From assembly GCA_049325535.1 (NCBI GenBank), contig JBMOKY010000001.1, forward strand, positions 685,942 through 749,941: 64,000 nt of DNA, in the 5' to 3' direction. This DNA comes from Patescibacteria group bacterium (lineage in GTDB: Bacteria; Patescibacteriota; Patescibacteriia; UBA10025; JAHIVO01). Position numbers and translations under genes: made by a program. This document shows, piece by piece, positions 40,002-49,862 of the stretch. The notes beneath the pieces were generated by a model. It saw only the letters and a list, made by a program, of their open reading frames with translations, was not told the origin of the DNA and made no database searches. Each line of letters starts with the position of its first letter. Position 1 is the stretch's first letter.

Positions 40002-42353
40002 CTATCGGCGCAGTGGCGCTTTGAACCGGTTGGCCATCATCGTAATTATTTTTTTCTCGATCTCATTGACATCCGCAGTATGTAGCGTGCGATCCAGCGC
40101 TTGGTATGTCAGGCGAAATGTGGCGTGGCGCGTATCCGCACCGGCCGGAAATAGATCGAGCGCTTCCACGGAGACAATCAGCGGACTCATGCGCTGCATC
40201 ACGGCACGCACCTCAAAAAATGAATCGCTCACCGGCATGACAAATGTCATATCCCGCACCACCGCCGGATAGTTTGATACCGGCTGGTAGCGGATAACTG
40301 AGGTGGCGTGGTGCGCTAATTTTTCGATGTCAATTTCGAACCAGACTGGCGGACGGCCTAATTTTTCCTCGTGCTGTATCAACCAGCCATACCATCCGAC
40401 CACCGCGTCACCCACGACGATATCTACCACTTGAGCATCTTCCGAATTCACGGCAAATGACACATGATCATCGGCTACCCCCAGTGCGCGTGCCATGGCA
40501 CGGATGACACCCTGTAATTCCCGGATTGGGCGCTGGTCCGCTTTTTTGGCCCGCTCATAGATGATGCCAGCGGCCATATGATGTTCGTCAGGCACCGATT
40601 TGGTGGTGCGGTAAAACACCCGACCCAATTCAAAAAGTGCCAGCCGCTCATACTGTTGATAACTATTGAGCACATTTACATAGAGACCCGGCACCAAGCT
40701 TACCCGCAGATATTCCTGCTCTTTGTTCATTGGGTTCATAATCCGGAAATGATCGGTAGCCTTCCAGCCAAATAGCGTAAATAAATTTTCTCCGTACAGC
40801 GAATAATTATACACCTCACTCATGCCGCAGGCTGCCAGTGTCTGGCGCAGCCGACGGCGCCAGCGATACGTCCAGGACAGCTCGGCCGGAGCCAGTGCCG
40901 CAGTAATCCCGCGAACCTTCAGTTTGTTCCAACCATACAGCCGGCCCACCTCTTCGGCCACGTCTGCCGGAATGCGTACATCCATCCGCCAGGCCGGGAC
41001 CGTCAGACGTACACGGTCAGCGTCCAATTTTTCGGTGCCAAAAGACAACCGCTGCAGCGAACGTATCACCGTCGCCATCGACAATTTCACCCCAATCAGT
41101 TCATTGAGCTGATTGACCGACACGATAAATTGCCGCGGCTGATGAAGGTTTTTCGGAGCTATCACGATACGACCGGCGCAGAGCGTACCTCCGGCTACCT
41201 CGCGGATCAGCTGAGCGGCCCGATCGATAGCCAATTCCGGCAGTTCCCACCAAATTCCCCGCTCAAACCGTTGTGATGCGTCAGTCGCCAAATTCAATGA
41301 CTGCCGGGTCTTTCGGATTGATGTGGGTTTAAAGATCGCCGATTCGAGAATAATGTCGGTAGTTTTTTCCGTGATGGCCGTAGCAGCGCCGCCCATCACT
41401 CCGGCAATGGCGATCGGAACTTTTGCATCGCATATCATCAGCATGTCCGCTGCCAGCTGGCGCTCTACCCCATCCAGGGTGGTAAATGCCTGCTTGCGCC
41501 CCACTTTTTTCACTACCAGAGTCCCGCCCTGAACGCGTTTCGCATCAAAGGCGTGGAGCGGCTGGCCATACTCCAGCAGAACATAATTGGTGATGTCAAC
41601 GATGGAATTAATTGGCGTATGCCCAGCAGCGCGCAGTCGCGCCTGGAGCCAGGCGGGCGACGAACCTATCTTCACCCCGCGGATCACGCGACAGGTGTAT
41701 TTCGGACAGAGCGCCGGATCAGCCACGCGCACCTTGACATACCGTCCGACTGGATATTGTGCATCTTCGGACACAATCAGTTTCTGCTCCTTAAACGACT
41801 GATTGGTAAGCGCTGCGTATTCCCGGGCCAATCCGACAAGTGACTGGGCATCGGCACGTTGGGGCGAGACGGTCACGTCGAGCACCACGTCATTGAGGCC
41901 AAGCGCTACGGTCACCTTCTGCCCGACTTTTGCTTTTCGATCGAGTATCAATATGCCACTATGATCGTCCCCCAGTCCCATCTCATCTTCAGCGCACAGC
42001 ATGCCGGCAGACTCTATGCCCCTAATCTTCCGCCGTTCGATAGTCATACCATTGGGGAGTGTCGTGCCGGGCAGCGCCACGGGTACTTTGTCCCCTGGTT
42101 TTATATTTTTTGCGCCGCATACGATGGTTTGTCTCTGACGTTTGCCGATGTCCACCGTGCAGACGCACAGGCGGTCAGCCTCGGCATGATCCACGATCGT
42201 CTTTATCTCGCCGACCAGCAGCGACTCCAGGCCGACACCCAATTTCTTGATCGTCTCTACTTCAAAACCGCCCAGCGTAAGCGTCTCAGCCACGCGTTCT
42301 GGGGTATGCGTGATGGGGACGAATTGTTTCAGCCATGTCATCGGAATCAACAT
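40002..42353 (-). CDS. pheT: Phenylalanine--tRNA ligase beta subunit
   Basis: IVCGAKN, GQPLHAFD, RFERG and a C-terminal FDX-ACB domain. Confidence 0.96.
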   Translation of the reverse strand: MLIPMTWLKQFVPITHTPERVAETLTLGGFEVETIKKLGVGLESLLVGEIKTIVDHAEADRLCVCTVDIGKRQRQTIVCGAKNIKPGDKVPVALPGTTLPNGMTIERRKIRGIESAGMLCAEDEMGLGDDHSGILILDRKAKVGQKVTVALGLNDVVLDVTVSPQRADAQSLVGLAREYAALTNQSFKEQKLIVSEDAQYPVGRYVKVRVADPALCPKYTCRVIRGVKIGSSPAWLQARLRAAGHTPINSIVDITNYVLLEYGQPLHAFDAKRVQGGTLVVKKVGRKQAFTTLDGVERQLAADMLMICDAKVPIAIAGVMGGAATAITEKTTDIILESAIFKPTSIRKTRQSLNLATDASQRFERGIWWELPELAIDRAAQLIREVAGGTLCAGRIVIAPKNLHQPRQFIVSVNQLNELIGVKLSMATVIRSLQRLSFGTEKLDADRVRLTVPAWRMDVRIPADVAEEVGRLYGWNKLKVRGITAALAPAELSWTYRWRRRLRQTLAACGMSEVYNYSLYGENLFTLFGWKATDHFRIMNPMNKEQEYLRVSLVPGLYVNVLNSYQQYERLALFELGRVFYRTTKSVPDEHHMAAGIIYERAKKADQRPIRELQGVIRAMARALGVADDHVSFAVNSEDAQVVDIVVGDAVVGWYGWLIQHEEKLGRPPVWFEIDIEKLAHHATSVIRYQPVSNYPAVVRDMTFVMPVSDSFFEVRAVMQRMSPLIVSVEALDLFPAGADTRHATFRLTYQALDRTLHTADVNEIEKKIITMMANRFKAPLRR

Positions 42354-42355
42354 AC

Positions 42356-43363
42356 CTAAAATTGTGATAAAAATCGAAGATCACCGCTATACGACAGACG
42401 GATGTCATTGACCCCGTGCCTGAGCATCATCAGCCGATCCACGCCTAAGCCAAATGCAAATCCTGAATACTTCGCGGGGTCGATCCGCATGTTTTTCAAT
42501 ACCTGGGGATGAACCATACCGCTGCCCAGCATCTCCAGCCACCCGCGCTGTTTGCACACCGAGCAGCCGCTCCCACCGCAAATCAAGCACTGCATATCAA
42601 TATCCAAACCCGGCTCGACAAACGGATAAAATTCCGGACGCACCCGGATGTGTACCGAGCTACCAAAGAGCGCCCGCAATAACTGCTGCAGCGTGCCAAT
42701 CAAATTGGATACGGAAATATGTCGATCAATGACCAGTCCTTCACACTGATAAAAGGTAGTTTCGTGCCCGGCATCAGTCGCCTCATGGCGGAACACTCTT
42801 CCCGGCGCGATCAAGCGGATCGGCGGTTTGCGATGCTGCATCGCCCTGAGCTGTACCGGCGACGTGTGCGTACGCAAGAGCAATCCACCCTCAACATAAA
42901 AAGTATCCCAGGCATCGCGGGCCGGATGGTTTTTCGGAATATTGAGTAAATCAAAATTATATTCTGGCGTCTCCACCTCCGGCCCTTCCACTACCGCAAA
43001 TCCCATGCTGACAAATATGTCCTCCAGCTCATCCAGGAATTGGGTAATCGGATGCAAGTGGCCGATCGGATGCATATGACCGGGCCAGGTCAGGTCGATG
43101 ACCGGCGCATGGCGCGACTCACGGCCGATTTTTTCCCGGGCACGACCGATAGCCTGGCTGATTTCATCTTTCACCTGATTGGCCAGCTGCCCGACTGCCG
43201 CACGTTCGGTTTTTGGCACCTGTCCAATCGTCCGCAGGGCAGTACTGAGCGCGCCCTTCCGGCCGAGAAATTCCGTCTCCACAACATCTATCTCCGCCGT
43301 CGTACGGACGCGGGCGATGGCGGTCAGGGCTTCGGATTTGATATGAAGTAATGTTTCACGCAT
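42356..43363 (-). CDS. pheS: Phenylalanine--tRNA ligase alpha subunit
   Basis: HPARD, LRTHTSPVQ, FYPFVEP and GFAFGLG. Confidence 0.97.
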   Translation of the reverse strand: MRETLLHIKSEALTAIARVRTTAEIDVVETEFLGRKGALSTALRTIGQVPKTERAAVGQLANQVKDEISQAIGRAREKIGRESRHAPVIDLTWPGHMHPIGHLHPITQFLDELEDIFVSMGFAVVEGPEVETPEYNFDLLNIPKNHPARDAWDTFYVEGGLLLRTHTSPVQLRAMQHRKPPIRLIAPGRVFRHEATDAGHETTFYQCEGLVIDRHISVSNLIGTLQQLLRALFGSSVHIRVRPEFYPFVEPGLDIDMQCLICGGSGCSVCKQRGWLEMLGSGMVHPQVLKNMRIDPAKYSGFAFGLGVDRLMMLRHGVNDIRLSYSGDLRFLSQF

Positions 43364-43366
43364 ATA

Positions 43367-43750
43367 TCAATGGCGGATGGCCGTCCGGGATATGAAGAAA
43401 AATTCAAGCAACGTCATGAACATAACCAGTAACACTATCGTCCACCAGCGCAGTACATCCGCTCCCAACAGGACCAGCGCGCCAACTAAGAGGATGGCAA
43501 AGAAAAACGACTGGCGGGTAGCAACCCCGAGATGCCGAAAAATGACTTGTTCCTTCGTAAACCAGACACGGACAAAAAAACCAAATAAGGAAAACGTGCC
43601 AACCAGCGCAAAAAAAAGGCTGAGATAAAACAAAGCAAACCCCACCACGCCGGCCTCGTCAGGATTGATGAAAAAAAACACGAAAAGCCATGCGGTCCAG
43701 GAAACCAGCGTAGCCGAAGTCATGATGATGAGATACTTTTTGAGGGACAT
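43367..43750 (-). CDS. Hypothetical 4-TM membrane protein
   Basis: Four hydrophobic helices; co-oriented upstream of pheS. Confidence 0.75.
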   Translation of the reverse strand: MSLKKYLIIMTSATLVSWTAWLFVFFFINPDEAGVVGFALFYLSLFFALVGTFSLFGFFVRVWFTKEQVIFRHLGVATRQSFFFAILLVGALVLLGADVLRWWTIVLLVMFMTLLEFFFISRTAIRH

Positions 43751-43868
43751 GCGCGGGGCTCAAATGATAAAAAAATAACCGGTCAAACCTATCGAAATTG
43801 TACCAAAAAAAGCCGGCCCTGACAAGGGCGTGGCAGTCGATATTACTAGGCTAATATTAGCCAAAATA

Positions 43869-44159
43869 TTACAGCATAATATGCAAACGATTCACCGCCT
43901 TATATCCGTATTTTTTTTGCATAAATTCTACTGCCTCACGCTCATGAAATTTCATCTCCTGGGCCACGGCCGGGTTCAATGCTGCCACCGTGAGAATGCC
44001 GTTTTTTACGAATTTAGCCCGCACCTCATCCTTGATCCGAGGGTAGCGCTGCGCTAGCCAGCGGTCAAATTCCTGGCACATCATGGCAGCCGATACCTGT
44101 CGGCCGATGCCGGCTTGATTGATGCTGCGCTGTAATATGTCTCCCAGTTTTGTCGCCAT
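43869..44159 (-). CDS. DUF721/DciA family protein
   Basis: LGDIL...GI..QV.A...KNGILTV....A.AQE.K pattern. Confidence 0.75.
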   Translation of the reverse strand: MATKLGDILQRSINQAGIGRQVSAAMMCQEFDRWLAQRYPRIKDEVRAKFVKNGILTVAALNPAVAQEMKFHEREAVEFMQKKYGYKAVNRLHIML

Positions 44160-44172
44160 AGTTTTGAAATAA

Positions 44173-44275
44173 CCTCATCCCGAACTTGTCTTCGACTATG
44201 AGGGATGAGCCATCAGGCTCAGACTCGATGAGTTTCGGGATCTCGAGGAGATGCTGAAATAAATTCAGCATGAGG
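44173..44275. repeat. Palindromic REP-like element (copy C) with a nested insertion
   Basis: Terminal IR CCTCAT/ATGAGG; arm 1 ATCCCGAA/TTCGGGAT encloses about 45 nt; arm 2 ATGCTGAA-ATAAA-TTCAGCAT. Confidence 0.7.
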
Positions 44276-44315
44276 ACGGTTATTCACTCCATCCACTAAT
44301 CTTCAAAAATTTCTA

Positions 44316-44657
44316 TTAAGTGTATATGTTCTGATTGGGCATATCCGTGTCTCGTGCGATCATCCCAACGACAAATGCCACTGCCACGAGTGTGATAAAC
44401 GATATGATGAGTATGGCAGTGCGCCGACGAATCCCTGCCACATGTAGGTCCGGTATACGATTGATGATGATCCATGCCGGGATTGCCAGAATGGATAATG
44501 GGCCAATCCAATCAGGAATGTCTCCTTCCCAAATTATGTTGGTAAGTAACGGAACGAGAAACAAACTAATAACCACAGGCCATTTCCATTTTGGCGGCTG
44601 ATTTTGTCGGTTCGTATTTGTCGGGGACGGTTGTATGGTTTGATTCATACGTATCAA
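44316..44657 (-). CDS. Small membrane protein
   Basis: Three hydrophobic segments. Confidence 0.6.
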   Translation of the reverse strand: MIRMNQTIQPSPTNTNRQNQPPKWKWPVVISLFLVPLLTNIIWEGDIPDWIGPLSILAIPAWIIINRIPDLHVAGIRRRTAILIISFITLVAVAFVVGMIARDTDMPNQNIYT

Positions 44658-44711
44658 TAATTTGCTGATGAATTAATGGTAATCTAAAAAAGATTCACCG
44701 TTCGTTTTACC

Positions 44712-47700
44712 TCACCCTATCCATCTTTCCTCACAAATATCGCGGAAGTCGCATTGGGCGCACCAGAACCCCGGATTGGCGCTAAAATCGCTCTGGTGGA
44801 TCTGTATGATCCGCTCCTGCAAACTGGTGCGTAATTTTTCCAAATCCGCCATGTCCGGACTGAATGACAGCTTGGTGTTGTTTTCTAAATAATAGTACGA
44901 CAGGGTGACGGGCCGCAAGCCAAATACCTCGCGGGCGGCTAAATCGTAAATCATCAATTGTTCTTTATCATCTGGGGTGAGTTTATTACCTTTGGGGATG
45001 CGGCCGGTTTTATAATCCACGATCTCCACTGTCTTCGAGTCAGTACCCACGGGGTCGATCCGGTCAATCACGCCTTTGAAGGTGCACCCCCCTAACTTCA
45101 GATTGAACGGCTGCTCGAGATTCACCGGCACGGGAAAATTTGGCTGTTGCGCCTCAAAAAATTCGTGGAGTGACGTCTTGCCTTTGGCATAATACTCTTC
45201 CCGATGCTCTTTGGATAGATACCAATCATCGATCCACTCCCGGTCGTATAACTGCATCAATTCCTCCTCGCTGACGATGGCATCTTTTTTCTTAGCTGGT
45301 TTGCCAAATAAATCTACCTGCACTACTGCACTGCGCTCCTGGATTAGTTTGAAGAAATGGAATAGCGTATTGTGCATGGATTTACCGAAGCTAAAGGTAT
45401 GGCGACCCTCCACCGGCACTTTCAGAATATGAGCGTATTTATACTGCTTGGCGCAGGTGGCAAATGCCTTCAACTGGGTGTAGCTGGCTTTCTCAGGTAT
45501 CGATTGCTGCAGATAGGAAATTTCCGGTTTGCCTTTGAGTGGCTCTGGCGCTGGCGTTAGCCGCTCTACCACATCAAATTCTTCAGTCGATTCTGTGCGC
45601 TCAAACCCGAGCTCAGTCAAAAAGCGCGATAATTTTTTCTTCCGGGTGCCGCCGTAATCATCAGCTGATGTGAAAAAGAGACCATCCCGCGCCCGGGTCA
45701 TACCCACGTAAAATAGCCGCCGCTCTTCCTGCAGGTGAATGTCGCCTTCGGGAATGATTTCCTTGATCAAATCATCGGGCAATTCAATAGGATCTTTTCG
45801 CTCGATCGAGGGGAATCGCTTATCCACCAAACTCACAATAAAGACATACGGGAATTCGAGACCCTTGGCGCCGTGGACCGTCATGATTTTCACTGCGTCC
45901 GGTCCCTCTTCCCATGGCTGATGCATGGCACCGCTGTCCCCTGACTCTTGCTCTTCATCAAATTCCTCGAGGAAATGCCGCACAGAATTATCATCATTCT
46001 TATTTTCAAAATCTTCAATCTTGCGGAAAAACTGATTCAGATGAATCACTTGTTCAATATGTTCATCGCCTTTCACTTCAGTAATGTGCTTTAAATATCC
46101 TGAGTCTTTCATAAAGCGCAGTGCCACCGTCAAAACGCCTTTCACGCGCGCTAATTCAGTATGCGCCTCGATCATTTTTAATATTTTTTCGAGCGCCTGA
46201 TGCATCTCTTTGGATATGCCGGCGATCAGACGTGACTGCGCGGCGGCTTCATACAGTGACAGGCGTTTTTTGTACGCGTGCTGGGATAGTGCCATCAGGT
46301 CTTTGATGGGTAGTTTCCAATGGGAAAAATTCAGTACCCGCCACAGGGCGGCTGATTCATGGTAGCTGTCCAATAGTTTCAAATACGCCACCATATCCAT
46401 AATCTCCGGCTGGCTGTACAATCCGCGCGACGCCAAAAACTGGTGTGGTACCTGCAGGCGGTTGGCGGCAGTCATGAATTCATTGGCATAGCTATTGGCG
46501 CGGATAAGAATGGCAAAGTCGCTCCACTTCAACTGAGGTTGTTCATTTTTTAATTCGATAATCCGTTTCATCACCCCGGCAGCTTCCTCCAGATGCGAGT
46601 GGAAATGCAAATGCTGGATGCTCCCCTCGCCCTCACGGGTAGATTTCAATTTTTTACTGATTTTGGTTTTCAGTGGTGCGCCTTTGGGATCGATGTTACC
46701 TTTTGACAATTGGTACTCCAGGCGGTTTGGATCGTTCCGTTTGATAAACCGGTATGACAAATCTAAAATGTTTTGCCGAGTGCGGTAGTTTTCCGTCAGC
46801 ACCACTTCTTTCGATTCGGGAAAATCTTTTTTAAATTCTAAAATATTTGAAATGGCCGCACCACGAAATTTATAAATTGATTGATCGTCATCCCCCACGA
46901 CCGTTACATTATTCTTTGGCTGTGCCAGCATTTTTACTAATTCGTATTGGGCGTAGTTCGTGTCTTGAAATTCATCTACCAAAAGGTACTGGAACTGCTT
47001 GCGATACCGCTCTAATATTTTCGGTCGAGTTTTGAATAACTTGATGGTATATAAAATTAAATCACCAAAATCGAGCGCGCCTTGCTCGAGCAACAACTGC
47101 TGGTAGATATGATAGGCATTCGCCACCTCTTTGATGCGCTGCTCCTCGCTGATTTCCTCTTCTTCATCCACCCGCTTCTTCTTGGTATTTTCAGCGTCAT
47201 CGCGATCCATTTGCAGTGTCTTGGCATACGCTAAATAATCCTCGGGCAATACATTTTCATCTTTAGCCCTACTGAAATGCTTAACCAGTGCCTGGACGAA
47301 TTTCGTGGGGTTGCCTAACGGACGATAATAATTCAGATCAAACCGATCCAGATTCCGGCGCACCAGCATCACTTGGTCAGTCTCATTGAGTAATTTGAAA
47401 TCCGGCGGTAAACCAATCTCGATGGCGCTATCCTTCAAAATCCGCTCGCAAAATGAATGAAATGTAGAAATCCACAAATCAACATAGCCATAGGGTAGCA
47501 ACACATCTACCCGTTCTTCCATCTCCCCGGCGGCTTTCTCGGTGAAGGTGAGAGCCAAAATATTGTCCGTGGGTACTTTCTTTTCCAGCACGAGCCAGGC
47601 GATACGCTGGGTGACCACGGTGGTCTTGCCGGTACCCGCGCCGGCCACGATCAAGAGCGGCCCGTCGGTATGCGTGACGGCTTTCCTTTGTGCCGAATTC

Positions 47701-47720
47701 AAATTATCGAAGATGTTCAT
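44712..47720 (-). CDS. UvrD/PcrA-type SF1 helicase fused to a C-terminal PD-(D/E)XK nuclease with 4-Cys cluster (AdnB/AddA-like)
   Basis: AGAGTGKT, DEFQD, VGDDDQSIY, TVHGAKGLEF and EERRLFYV; then C..QY, IDRID, VDYKTG, Q..IY and CAQCDFRDIC. Confidence 0.92.
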   Translation of the reverse strand: MNIFDNLNSAQRKAVTHTDGPLLIVAGAGTGKTTVVTQRIAWLVLEKKVPTDNILALTFTEKAAGEMEERVDVLLPYGYVDLWISTFHSFCERILKDSAIEIGLPPDFKLLNETDQVMLVRRNLDRFDLNYYRPLGNPTKFVQALVKHFSRAKDENVLPEDYLAYAKTLQMDRDDAENTKKKRVDEEEEISEEQRIKEVANAYHIYQQLLLEQGALDFGDLILYTIKLFKTRPKILERYRKQFQYLLVDEFQDTNYAQYELVKMLAQPKNNVTVVGDDDQSIYKFRGAAISNILEFKKDFPESKEVVLTENYRTRQNILDLSYRFIKRNDPNRLEYQLSKGNIDPKGAPLKTKISKKLKSTREGEGSIQHLHFHSHLEEAAGVMKRIIELKNEQPQLKWSDFAILIRANSYANEFMTAANRLQVPHQFLASRGLYSQPEIMDMVAYLKLLDSYHESAALWRVLNFSHWKLPIKDLMALSQHAYKKRLSLYEAAAQSRLIAGISKEMHQALEKILKMIEAHTELARVKGVLTVALRFMKDSGYLKHITEVKGDEHIEQVIHLNQFFRKIEDFENKNDDNSVRHFLEEFDEEQESGDSGAMHQPWEEGPDAVKIMTVHGAKGLEFPYVFIVSLVDKRFPSIERKDPIELPDDLIKEIIPEGDIHLQEERRLFYVGMTRARDGLFFTSADDYGGTRKKKLSRFLTELGFERTESTEEFDVVERLTPAPEPLKGKPEISYLQQSIPEKASYTQLKAFATCAKQYKYAHILKVPVEGRHTFSFGKSMHNTLFHFFKLIQERSAVVQVDLFGKPAKKKDAIVSEEELMQLYDREWIDDWYLSKEHREEYYAKGKTSLHEFFEAQQPNFPVPVNLEQPFNLKLGGCTFKGVIDRIDPVGTDSKTVEIVDYKTGRIPKGNKLTPDDKEQLMIYDLAAREVFGLRPVTLSYYYLENNTKLSFSPDMADLEKLRTSLQERIIQIHQSDFSANPGFWCAQCDFRDICEERWIG

Positions 47721-47854
47721 AGGGGTATTTTAGCATACCTGCCCTCACGAACAATACGCCTTGACAAATACGGTATTGATTGATACGCTGTGTCGATATT
47801 GTGCACAGTGCGCAATATGTTTTTTCACACACAACGTCATACAGGAGGTACAGT

Positions 47855-48784
47855 ATGTGTTTACTCTGCGGCGACCCTGACTGCCCTAACACGGGTGCGG
47901 AAATTGAGACACTGCTCGCGGCACTGACGGGAATGCCCGCCAGTGTCACCGGTGTGATGACGGACTCTACTGTCATCAGTGTCGACAAGGATGGCACCCT
48001 GCGCAGGTACCGCGACGGGTACGACACCAAATACATACCGCTCACTGACATCAGTGGGCTCCCCGATTCCGTGGCCACCGCCTTCGACAAATTCCACCGT
48101 CTCTGGAGGTCGATCCGGGATACCACCGACATGGCTGACTATCTCCGCGAGGAGGCTCCGCAGCTGAAGCGGGCGGCCCGGAAGCGGAAAGTGATGCTGA
48201 GATTCTCCATCTCAGACATCCTGCCGCCGAGCCATGCCGAGTTTTACGGCGACCACCGCTTGCGGCTCCAGAAAGGCGCCGGAGAAGAAGTTATCCACGT
48301 CATCGTCCCGGGTAAAGACAATGCCGGCTGCGCACTCGACTTCACTCAGGCAGAGCCGCTGCTCCGCGAGCAGGATGAGATCGATTTCATGCTTCAGCAG
48401 GCCGAGGGTATGGAAGCCTACGCCACGGACCTGCAGCGTCGGGCGGACACGCAGCCGGATCTGCTGAAGGTCATGGGCGATGAGGTACACGCCGAGTTCC
48501 ATGCCTCCGTACTCCCGGTGCTCCAGAAGGATGGCGACCTGATCTCGACCGAATTCGGGTTCAAACCGGATGGCACGGTCATCATCATCGCCGATTACCA
48601 CATCCAGGAAGAAGGAGCCGAACTCCCCGAGGCTGAACGGAATCTCATCGGAGCGATGATCAATCTCGACATCGCCCGCGGCGCCAAGCCGTCGATTTTC
48701 AGCCGGATCAAGCAGATCCTCGGATTCGACGACAAACAGAAAATCGCCGAATCCGTCGGCTCGACCGAAGGCGCCTCCGCCTGA
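47855..48784 (+). CDS. Orphan protein with an N-terminal Cys cluster
   Basis: TTGACA-17-TACGCT (47761-47789), AGGAGG RBS, MCLLCGDPDCP..., terminator at ~48822-48860. Confidence 0.75.
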   Translation: MCLLCGDPDCPNTGAEIETLLAALTGMPASVTGVMTDSTVISVDKDGTLRRYRDGYDTKYIPLTDISGLPDSVATAFDKFHRLWRSIRDTTDMADYLREEAPQLKRAARKRKVMLRFSISDILPPSHAEFYGDHRLRLQKGAGEEVIHVIVPGKDNAGCALDFTQAEPLLREQDEIDFMLQQAEGMEAYATDLQRRADTQPDLLKVMGDEVHAEFHASVLPVLQKDGDLISTEFGFKPDGTVIIIADYHIQEEGAELPEAERNLIGAMINLDIARGAKPSIFSRIKQILGFDDKQKIAESVGSTEGASA

Positions 48785-48970
48785 TTTCCCCACCGCTCTT
48801 TCATCAAATCTACCCCCGCTCATACCGGTACAGTCTCCCCGATTGTTCCGGTATTTTTTTTATGTCATGGTATTTATAAATTTTTTAACGGCTGCCTATT
48901 GACGGTCAGCGGCCCAGCAGATATACTAGGAGACTTTTTAAAAAAACGCACTTTGAAAGGAGAACATAAC

Positions 48971-49813
48971 ATGCGTTCCCATTCACCCAGTCTGGAGCGC
49001 TATCTCGAAACAATCGCCACTATCCCGATCTTGTCAAAAACCGAGGAGGAAACGCTCGTTCGGCAGCGGCTGCTTGGCGATACGCTGGCAGAGGAGCGAT
49101 TGGTGCGGGCAAACCTGCGATTCGTTGCTTTTATTGCCCGATCATTCGATTGGTCTGATGTACCGCTCGAAGATCTGATCAATGCTGGAAACATGGGTCT
49201 GGTCGTCGGTATCCGCAAATACGAGCTGGGACACGGCGCACGACTACTGTCATATGTGGTATGGTGGATTCTTCGCTACATCCGTGAAGAAATCGCCATG
49301 CTGCAGCATATTATCCCGAAACCAGCAGATTACCATCGTGAACTTAACATCATCCGCCGGACGCTGGAGAAATCTATAGCCGAACAATCCGGCAAACCGC
49401 TCACTCCGGAACAGCTGACGGAACTGGGCATCAGCGAATCCCAGCTCAATCAAGCGTACGAACCGATGTCGCATGCGTCGCTCGATGCGCCTCGTCACGG
49501 ACTTAATGAAACTACCCTCCTGGAATCGCTATCAGATGCCAGTAATCCAGATCCACATGCGCCCCTCGAACAGGAGCATCATCAGCGGATTCTCATTACG
49601 CTGATGGCCGATTTGACCGAGGAGGAATCGGCAGTCGTCAAGCTCGCCAAGGGTCTGATCGATGGCACCTGTCATCATCCGAAGGAAATGAGCGACATGC
49701 TCGGCCTGTCAGTGACCGTCGTCAACGCCCGGCTATCCGTGGCAATGCGAAAAATGAACCTGCGCGCCCGAGCGCTCAAGGACCAAGAAGGAGGGACGCC
49801 GTTCTCTGCCTGA
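48971..49813 (+). CDS. Divergent sigma-70 family (group 2/3-like) RNA polymerase sigma factor
   Basis: YL..I..IPILS..EE, LVRANLRFV, EDLI.AGNMGL, WWI, SLDAP and a region-4 HTH; AAGGAG RBS; promoter TTGACG-17-TATACT (48899-48927). Confidence 0.85.
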   Translation: MRSHSPSLERYLETIATIPILSKTEEETLVRQRLLGDTLAEERLVRANLRFVAFIARSFDWSDVPLEDLINAGNMGLVVGIRKYELGHGARLLSYVVWWILRYIREEIAMLQHIIPKPADYHRELNIIRRTLEKSIAEQSGKPLTPEQLTELGISESQLNQAYEPMSHASLDAPRHGLNETTLLESLSDASNPDPHAPLEQEHHQRILITLMADLTEEESAVVKLAKGLIDGTCHHPKEMSDMLGLSVTVVNARLSVAMRKMNLRARALKDQEGGTPFSA

Positions 49814-49862
49814 CAGCCGTCAAACTATTGGCGGCTTTTTTTATTTTTAAATCCCGGTGGGT

